Source: Burkholderiales bacterium
Lineage (GTDB): Bacteria > Pseudomonadota > Gammaproteobacteria > Burkholderiales > Burkholderiaceae_C
Assembly (NCBI GenBank): GCA_947450745.1
Contig: CANFYD010000001.1
Location: 1 to 60,151 of the forward strand
Length of the DNA: 60,151 nucleotides
Direction of reading: 5' to 3'
Of this stretch, positions 53,526-60,151 are shown piece by piece; within the stretch, counting starts at the first letter, position 1, and each line of letters opens with the position of its first letter. The position numbers and the translations under genes are program-made. The notes under the pieces were generated by a model. That model did not search any database. It had not been told where the DNA came from and saw only the letters and a list, made by a program, of their open reading frames with translations.

Positions 53526-55046
53526 ATGCCTAGTCCACTGATCCGCCTGCACGCGCAGGACAACGTACTGATCGCCCGCCGCCTGATTGCGCTGGGCGAA
53601 ACGCTGGCCGATTTCGGCCTGCGCACCCGCGCGCAGATTCCGGCCGGCCACAAGATTGCCGCTGCGGCCATAGCCGAGGGCGCGGCGGTGCTCAAGTACA
53701 ACACGGTGATCGGCTATGCCGCCCGCGACATCTTGGCCGGTGAGCATGTGCACAGCCACAACATCCGCCATGAAGAGCGGGCGCCGCTGCCCGAGTTCTG
53801 CACCGATGTGCGGCCGGTCGAGATGCTGCCGGCAGCGCAGCGCGCCACCTTCATGGGCATCCGGCGCGACGACGGCCGCGTCGGCACGCGCAACTTCATC
53901 GGCCTGCTGGCCTCGGTGAACTGCTCCTCGACGGTGATCCACAAGATCGCCGCCTGGTTCACGCCGGAGCGCCTGGCCGCTTATCCGAATGTTGACGGCG
54001 TGGTCGCTTTTGCGCAGACCAGCGGTTGCGGCATGTCGTCGCCGAGCGAGCATTTCGACCTGTTGCGGCGCACGTTGGCCGGTTATGCGCGCCACCCGAA
54101 CCTGGGCGGCGTGCTGGTCGTCGGCCTCGGCTGCGAGCGCAACCAGGTGCCGGAGCTGATGGCCTCGCAAGGGCTGAACGCCAACTCCCGCCTGCACACG
54201 CTGGTGATGCAGGACAGCGGCGGCACCCGCGCCAGCATTGCCGCCGGCGTGGCCGCCGTGCAGGCGATGCTGCCGCAAGCCAATGCGATCACCCGCGTGC
54301 CGGTGCCGGCCAGCCACTTGATGGTGGGGCTGGAATGTGGCGGCTCGGACGGCTTTTCCGGCATCAGCGCGAATCCGGCGCTGGGTGCGGCGATGGACAT
54401 CCTGGTGCGCCACGGCGGCACGGCGATTCTGTCGGAAACACCGGAAATCCATGGCGTCGAGCATCTGCTGACGCGCCGCGCGGTGAGCCGCGAAGTGGGC
54501 CAAAAGCTGCTCGACCGGATCGAATGGTGGAAGCGCTACACCGCCGGCCAGAACGGCCAGTTCAACGGCGTCGTGGGGCCGGGCAACCAGGCCGGCGGGC
54601 TGGCCAATATCGTCGAAAAGTCACTCGGCTCGGCGATGAAGGCCGGCACCACGCCGCTGCGGGCGGTGTACGAATATGCCGAGCCGATCACCGAGAGCGG
54701 CTTCGTCTTCATGGACTCGCCCGGCTACGACCCGGTGGCCACGACGGGCCAGATCGCCAGCGGCGCCAACCTGATCTGCTTCACTACCGGGCGCGGCTCG
54801 ATGTTCGGCTCCAAGCCGGCACCGACCCTCAAGCTGGCTTCCAACACGCCGATGTTTCTGCGTCTGCAAGAGGACATGGACATCAACTGCGGTCAGGTCA
54901 TCGACGGCACGCTGAGCATCGAGCAAATGGGCCAGCAGATCTTCGACCATATCCTGCGTGCCGCCTCGGGCGAGCCCACCTGCAGCGAGCTGCTGGGTCT
55001 GGGCGACCATGAATTCGTGCCCTGGCATCTGGGCATCGTCAGTTGA
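53526..55046 (+). CDS. UxaA/GarD-family sugar-acid dehydratase
   Basis: SAF domain IPAGHK; VGTRN, GLGCE, LECGGSD, EKSLG, FTTGRG. Confidence 0.9.
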   Translation: MPSPLIRLHAQDNVLIARRLIALGETLADFGLRTRAQIPAGHKIAAAAIAEGAAVLKYNTVIGYAARDILAGEHVHSHNIRHEERAPLPEFCTDVRPVEMLPAAQRATFMGIRRDDGRVGTRNFIGLLASVNCSSTVIHKIAAWFTPERLAAYPNVDGVVAFAQTSGCGMSSPSEHFDLLRRTLAGYARHPNLGGVLVVGLGCERNQVPELMASQGLNANSRLHTLVMQDSGGTRASIAAGVAAVQAMLPQANAITRVPVPASHLMVGLECGGSDGFSGISANPALGAAMDILVRHGGTAILSETPEIHGVEHLLTRRAVSREVGQKLLDRIEWWKRYTAGQNGQFNGVVGPGNQAGGLANIVEKSLGSAMKAGTTPLRAVYEYAEPITESGFVFMDSPGYDPVATTGQIASGANLICFTTGRGSMFGSKPAPTLKLASNTPMFLRLQEDMDINCGQVIDGTLSIEQMGQQIFDHILRAASGEPTCSELLGLGDHEFVPWHLGIVS

Positions 55047-55071
55047 ACACCCGGTAGAAACCAAGACATCC

Positions 55072-56553
55072 ATGACTCTAGACCTGACCCTGCAGCGCGC
55101 CGATCTGTTGTGCGCGCAAAACTTCATCAACGGCGAATGGACCGCCGCGGCCTCCGGTGCCCGGCTGGCGGTGCTGAACCCGGCCGATCAGTCCTTGATC
55201 GGGCAAGTGCCCGACAGTGCGGCCGTCGATGCCCAAGCAGCGGCCGATGCCGCAGCCGCCGCGTTGGTCGGCTGGCGCGCCACGCCGGCCCGCCAGCGGG
55301 CGCAGGTGATCAAGCGCTGGCATGCGCTGATCCTGGCTCATCAGGACGACCTCGGCCGGCTGATCTCGCGCGAGCAGGGCAAGCCGCTGGCCGAAGGCCG
55401 TGGCGAAGTGCAATACGCCGCCAGCTACGTGGAATGGTTTGCCGAGGAAGCCACGCGCATCTGCGGCGACGTGATTGCCGCGCCGGTCAGCGGGCGCCGC
55501 ATGCTGGCCGTCAAGGAGCCGGTCGGCGTGGTGGCGGTCATCACGCCGTGGAACTTCCCCGCCGCGATGATTGCCCGCAAGATCGCGCCGGCCCTGGCCG
55601 CTGGCTGCACGGTGGTGGCCAAGCCGGCCGAGGACACGCCGCTGACCGCGCTGGCGCTGGTGCGGCTGGCGCAAGAAGCCGGCCTGCCCGCTGGCGTGCT
55701 GAACATCGTCTGCGCCTCGCGCGCGCAAACGCCAGCGGTGGTCGATGCCTGGCTGGCCGATGCACGGGTGCGCAAGATCAGCTTTACCGGCTCCACCCCG
55801 GTCGGCAAGCATCTGGCCCGCGAAGCCGCCGCCACGCTGAAAAAGCTGTCGCTGGAACTGGGCGGCAACGCGCCCTTCATCGTCTTTGACGACGCCGACC
55901 TGGGAGCCGCCGTGACCGGCCTGATGCAAGCCAAGTTCCGCAACGGCGGCCAGACCTGCGTCTGCCCGAACCGCGTGTTCGTGCAGGACGCCGTGTACGA
56001 ACGCTTTGCCGCGCTGCTGTCGATTCAAGTGGCGGCGCTGAAGGTGGGCCCGGCCACCGAGGCGGACGCCCAGATCGGCCCGATGATCAACGCCCGCGCG
56101 GTCGAGAAAATCCTGCGCCATGTGGATGACGCGGTCAGCCGGGGTGCCCGGTTGCTGGTCGGCGGCCGCCGCGTGCGCGAGGCCAGCGGCCCGCATTTCG
56201 TCGCACCCACCGTGCTGGCCGACGCCACGGCAGACATGCTGCTGGCCAGCGAGGAAACCTTCGGCCCGGTGGCCGCGCTGTTCCGCTTCCACGACGAGGC
56301 CGAGGTGATCGCGCAGACCAACGACACGCCATTCGGCCTGGCCGGTTATTTCTACTCGGAGAACAGCTCCCGCATCTGGCGCATGGCCGATGCGCTGGAA
56401 ACCGGCATCGTCGGCATCAACGAGGGCGCCATCGCCTCGGAAGCGGCGCCGTTCGGCGGCGTCAAGGAATCGGGTTACGGCCGCGAAGGCTCGCGCCATG
56501 GGCTGGACGACTACATGCACATCAAATACCTCTGCCAGGGCAATCTGCAATGA
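55072..56553 (+). CDS. NAD(P)-dependent succinate-semialdehyde dehydrogenase-like
   Basis: [31 protein letters not shown]. Confidence 0.9.
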   Translation: MTLDLTLQRADLLCAQNFINGEWTAAASGARLAVLNPADQSLIGQVPDSAAVDAQAAADAAAAALVGWRATPARQRAQVIKRWHALILAHQDDLGRLISREQGKPLAEGRGEVQYAASYVEWFAEEATRICGDVIAAPVSGRRMLAVKEPVGVVAVITPWNFPAAMIARKIAPALAAGCTVVAKPAEDTPLTALALVRLAQEAGLPAGVLNIVCASRAQTPAVVDAWLADARVRKISFTGSTPVGKHLAREAAATLKKLSLELGGNAPFIVFDDADLGAAVTGLMQAKFRNGGQTCVCPNRVFVQDAVYERFAALLSIQVAALKVGPATEADAQIGPMINARAVEKILRHVDDAVSRGARLLVGGRRVREASGPHFVAPTVLADATADMLLASEETFGPVAALFRFHDEAEVIAQTNDTPFGLAGYFYSENSSRIWRMADALETGIVGINEGAIASEAAPFGGVKESGYGREGSRHGLDDYMHIKYLCQGNLQ

Positions 56554-57392
56554 ACCAGCCAGCAAACCAGCACGCAAATCCGCACATGAATCCGCGCGCA
56601 ACGGGCAATGCCTTCAAGCAGGCGCTGGCCGAGCGCCGCAGCCGCATCGGGCTGTGGCTGTCCATGGCCAATGCCTACAGCGCCGAGATGTGCGCCAGCG
56701 CCGGTTTCGATTGGCTGCTGATCGACGGCGAGCATGCGCCCAACGATGTACGCAGCACGCTGGCGCAATTGCAGGCGGTGGCCGCCTACCCGGCCCACCC
56801 GGTGGTGCGCGCGGTGCAGGGCGAGCCAGCGCTGATCAAGCAATTGCTGGACATCGGCGTGCAAACGCTGCTGGTACCGATGGTGGACAGCGCGAGCCAA
56901 GCCGCCGCGATGGTGGCCGCCACCCGTTACCCGCCGCAGGGCATTCGCGGCGTCGGCGCGGCAGTGGCGCGGGCTTCGCGCTGGAACGGGCGCAGCGACT
57001 ATGTGCAGCATGCCAACGCCGAGGTCTGCCTGCTGGTGCAAGCCGAGACGGTCACCGCCTTGCAGAACCTGTCCGCCATCTGCGCGGTGGACGGCGTGGA
57101 CGGCGTCTTCATCGGCCCGGCCGATCTGGCCGCGTCGATGGGCCATTTGGGCAACCCAGGCCACCCGGACGTGCAAGCGGCGATTGATCAGGCCATTCGC
57201 ACCATCGTCGCCAGCGGCAAGGCCGCCGGCACGCTGACCGGCGACGTCAAACAGGCCCGCCATTACCTCAGCCTGGGGGCCACTTTTGTGGCGGTAGGGC
57301 TGGATGTCAGCCTGATGATGCAAGCGGTGCGCCAGCGGGCGGCCGAGTTCCTCGATCTGGCACCGCCGGCCCCGACGTCCGGGCCATATTGA
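56550..57392 (+). CDS. HpcH/HpaI class II pyruvate aldolase
   Basis: [26 protein letters not shown]. Confidence 0.9.
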   Translation: MNQPANQHANPHMNPRATGNAFKQALAERRSRIGLWLSMANAYSAEMCASAGFDWLLIDGEHAPNDVRSTLAQLQAVAAYPAHPVVRAVQGEPALIKQLLDIGVQTLLVPMVDSASQAAAMVAATRYPPQGIRGVGAAVARASRWNGRSDYVQHANAEVCLLVQAETVTALQNLSAICAVDGVDGVFIGPADLAASMGHLGNPGHPDVQAAIDQAIRTIVASGKAAGTLTGDVKQARHYLSLGATFVAVGLDVSLMMQAVRQRAAEFLDLAPPAPTSGPY

Positions 57393-57394
57393 AG

Positions 57395-57419
57395 TCGGGC
57401 GGGTCTTGATTCGCCCTAC
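57395..57419. repeat. Degenerate REP containing the stop codon of the thioredoxin-family gene
   Basis: TCGGGCGGGTCTTGATTCGCCCTAC. Confidence 0.6.
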
Positions 57420-59062
57420 AGGGGCGGAACGGCAGGCGCGGCCTTGATCAGCCCTTCGCACGTCGCGCGCTGCTTGTCGGCCGCCTCGACCTTGCTGCAG
57501 ATGCCGTCGAGCTGGGTTTTCAGCCGGGTCATCACCGCCGCGTGCTGGCCGCTGGCGCTCCAGCGGCTCAGGCTGGCACCAACGCGTTGCAGCGAGCGGG
57601 CGCTGCGCTCATAAAAAGCGGCCTTGTCCTGGGCCGCTTCGCTGAACAGTTGGGCGGCGGTCGTCTCGATGCGGGCGGCGTCTTGCGGGGCCAGCTCGGT
57701 CAGCGCGGCAAAGTAGCCGGCCCCCCATTGCAGCCGGGTGGCCGGGCCTTCGCTCTGCTTGAATGACTGCTCGTACCAGCGCAGCGCCTCGTCCTTGCGG
57801 CCCTGCTTCTTGGCATTGCCGCCCAGCTGGCTCATCAGGTAATAGGGGGAATGGCTTTTGGCCAGGCTGGCTTTCAGCAGCGCGTCGCTGTCGGCCCACA
57901 AGCCGGCTTGGCCCAGCAGGTAGGCGGCCGAGCTGATGACGGCTTGGCGCTCGTAGCCGTCGGTGATTTCGCGGTCGGCGCGGGCCGCGTGCTCGCGCAC
58001 TTGCTTGACCAGGCCCGCACTGATTTTGGGGTTCAAGACCTCCTTGGCTTGACCCAAACGCGCCAGATCGACGCGGGCGGACAGTGCCGTCAAGCGGTCG
58101 GCGCGCGACAGTGTGGCGTCCTGCTCCAGCCGCTGCAGCGCGGCATCGAACTCGCCCACCAGCCGGGTCCGGGCAGCATCCGGCTCGGGCGTCAGCGTTC
58201 TGACGATGTCGGCCGCGCCATTGGTCAGCACATCCATTTGCACCCGCGACGCGGGCGCACTGGCCAGCACCGCCCGCACCCGCAAGGCCAGCGCCGCGTC
58301 GGGCTTGATACCCTTGCCTTCATCGCTGGCGGCCAGCGCCTTCAGCCACAGCCGGGTGGTCGCGTCGGCGTTGGCGTTGGCGTCCGCTGCGGTCGAGGCG
58401 CGCGCCAATTGCGCCAACAGGTCGGGCCGCTCGGTGGGTGGCACCAGTTGCTGCTCGTCGGTCTCCCAGGAATAAAAGGCCAGCAAGCGCCATTCATTCG
58501 GGCTCAGCTTTTTGCCGGACTGCGCCTCGGCCAGCACGGTCTTGATCGGCCGGCCGCCGGCCATGCCGAGCTGCAAGACCTTCAGCACCTGCGGCGCATC
58601 GACCTCGCCGGGCAGGCGGGTGATTTCAGCGCCGTCCGGGTTGAACAGAATCATCGTCGGGTAGCCGCGCACCTTGAAGCGCTGGCCGAGCTTTTGCGCA
58701 CCGGGCCGGTCGCCGTCGATGTGCACGGCCACAAAGGTGCGTGACTGCTCGATGAAATCTTGCCGATTGAACAGCGTCGCCTTGAGCTGATTGCAAGGCG
58801 GGCACCACTGCGCGCCCCAGTACAGCAGCAGCGGCTTTTTCTCGGCCCGGGCTTGGGCGAAGGCGCGTTCGACATCGGCGTCGGCGCTCGCCGTGGTGTT
58901 CAAGCCGGCTTCCTGCCAAGCCACGCCGCTGGCGGCTGCGGGGCTGGCGCTGGCCGGCGGCGCAGCCTGGGCCGGCAGGGTGAAACAAAGCACCATCAGC
59001 GCCGCTGCGACGGCAGATTTGCAGAGCTTCGACTGCGGTGTTGTCGCGTGGAGAGCTTTCAT
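57416..59062 (-). CDS. Exported thioredoxin-fold protein with a long helical C-terminus
   Basis: Signal peptide; WGAQWCPPC; GYPT cis-Pro loop. Confidence 0.85.
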   Translation of the reverse strand: MKALHATTPQSKLCKSAVAAALMVLCFTLPAQAAPPASASPAAASGVAWQEAGLNTTASADADVERAFAQARAEKKPLLLYWGAQWCPPCNQLKATLFNRQDFIEQSRTFVAVHIDGDRPGAQKLGQRFKVRGYPTMILFNPDGAEITRLPGEVDAPQVLKVLQLGMAGGRPIKTVLAEAQSGKKLSPNEWRLLAFYSWETDEQQLVPPTERPDLLAQLARASTAADANANADATTRLWLKALAASDEGKGIKPDAALALRVRAVLASAPASRVQMDVLTNGAADIVRTLTPEPDAARTRLVGEFDAALQRLEQDATLSRADRLTALSARVDLARLGQAKEVLNPKISAGLVKQVREHAARADREITDGYERQAVISSAAYLLGQAGLWADSDALLKASLAKSHSPYYLMSQLGGNAKKQGRKDEALRWYEQSFKQSEGPATRLQWGAGYFAALTELAPQDAARIETTAAQLFSEAAQDKAAFYERSARSLQRVGASLSRWSASGQHAAVMTRLKTQLDGICSKVEAADKQRATCEGLIKAAPAVPPL

Positions 59063-59134
59063 GCGTGCAGCGGGCGGCACTTGTGGCGCGGCCTGAGTCA
59101 GTGGAGGAAACCGAATTGTGCGCTGGCGTGGCGC

Positions 59135-60151
59135 TCAGGCCGAAATGACCGGCCTCGGCCGCAGCAGCAGCCCCAGCAAGGTCAGCCCGCAAATGCCCGC
59201 ACCGGCATAAAAAGTGGCGGCGGCACCGGCTTGGTCCCACAGCAGGCCGGCGGCGGCGCTGGCCAGCAGCATCGCCACGCCGCTGACCAGGTTGAACAGC
59301 CCGAACGCCGTGCCGCGCAAATGCTCGGGCGCGGTGTCGGCCACCATCGCGGCCAGCAGGCCTTGCGTCATCGCCATGTGCACGCCCCACAGTGCCACAC
59401 CGCCCAACAGCAGCAGCCAGTGCGTGCTGCTGGCCAGCAGCAGGTCGGCCGCCAGCAACACGACCAGGCCCAGCGCCAGCATCTTGTTGTGGCTGACCCG
59501 GTCGGACAACTTGCCGAACGGATAGGCCAGCGCCGCGTAGACCAGGTTCATCGCCACCATCACCAGCGGGATCAGCGCCAGCGCCATGCCGGTCTGCTGC
59601 GCCCGCAGCACCAGAAAAGCCTCGCTGAAGCGGGCCAGCGTGAAGATGGCACCGATGCCCACCACCCACCAATAGGCGGGCGACAGCAGTTTGAGATTGG
59701 CGCGGCTGATCGGGTTGTGGCGCAGCGGCTGGGCGCTGCGGGGTGGCTCTTGAATGCCGAAGGCCAGCAAGGCCACGGCCAGCGCGCCCGGAATCACCGC
59801 CACCCAGAAGACCGCGCGGAAGTCGTTGGCCCACAACAGCATCAGGCCGACGGCCAGCAGCGGCCCGAGCACGCCGCCGACCGAATCCAGCGACTGGCGC
59901 AAACCGAAGGCCGCGCCGCGCAGCCCGGGCGGTGCCAGGTCAGCCACCAGCGCATCGCGCGGTGCGCCACGAATGCCTTTGCCGACCCGGTCGGTCAGCC
60001 GCGCCGCCATGATCCAGCCGAGGCTGCTGGACAGCGCAAACACCGGCTTGGTCAGCGCTCCCAGGCCGTAGCCCAGCAGCGCCAGGCCCTTGCGGCGGCC
60101 CAGCCAGTCGCTCAGCACGCCGGAGAACACCTTGACGATCAGCGCGGTGGC
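59135..60151 (-). CDS. MFS transporter (5' end outside the window)
   Basis: GVLSDWLGRRK, DRVGKGIRGAPRDAL. Confidence 0.88.
   Translation of the reverse strand, partial: ATALIVKVFSGVLSDWLGRRKGLALLGYGLGALTKPVFALSSSLGWIMAARLTDRVGKGIRGAPRDALVADLAPPGLRGAAFGLRQSLDSVGGVLGPLLAVGLMLLWANDFRAVFWVAVIPGALAVALLAFGIQEPPRSAQPLRHNPISRANLKLLSPAYWWVVGIGAIFTLARFSEAFLVLRAQQTGMALALIPLVMVAMNLVYAALAYPFGKLSDRVSHNKMLALGLVVLLAADLLLASSTHWLLLLGGVALWGVHMAMTQGLLAAMVADTAPEHLRGTAFGLFNLVSGVAMLLASAAAGLLWDQAGAAATFYAGAGICGLTLLGLLLRPRPVISA

Noticed and set aside
52437-54503. Long antisense or alternative-frame ORFs (also 12611-14728, 23187-24959, 47826-49469, 50738-52498 and others)
   Set aside because: Shadow ORFs of well-supported genes in high-GC DNA, with no recognisable motifs
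56550-56600. 12-nt periodic repeats at the aldolase N-terminus (similar ones in the mdoH N-terminus and at 53489-53513)
   Set aside because: Short slippage-type micro-duplications with no evident function; the aldolase may start at 56586

Overview
High-GC betaproteobacterial chromosome segment. Gene content suggests a Burkholderiales (Roseateles/Paucibacter-like) organism; this is inference. It holds about 48 genes, mostly housekeeping or metabolic: a yybP-ykoY riboswitch with a TMEM165/GDT1 gene, a TonB-dependent receptor, an orphan divergent ureE, murQ-ampG-like-GHL10, a Stealth protein, dps, an ada-like gene, a thiolase, oxyR, panBC, recG, tctBA, an aldehyde dehydrogenase, opgGH, a glrK-qseG-glrR-like three-component system, DUF885, a PEP-CTERM protein, and a LysR-controlled tartrate dehydrogenase/UxaA/SSADH/aldolase operon. 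I saw no rRNA, tRNA, CRISPR array or transposase. The most notable signals are non-coding. (1) A complete sigma54 promoter upstream of opgG (two TGTC-N10-GACA sites, a consensus IHF site and a -24/-12 box) suggests the adjacent GlrKR-QseG system drives periplasmic glucan synthesis. (2) A ~30-bp AATGGGGTCAGAGTCA repeat brackets single accessory genes like cassettes. (3) An unlisted 35-aa ORF sits behind an OxyR-type promoter upstream of dps. (4) A tandem hairpin repeat lies between panB and panC. (5) Several MITE/REP families are present, one in the oxyR leader, and REP copies supply two gene stop codons. All motif calls were made by eye.
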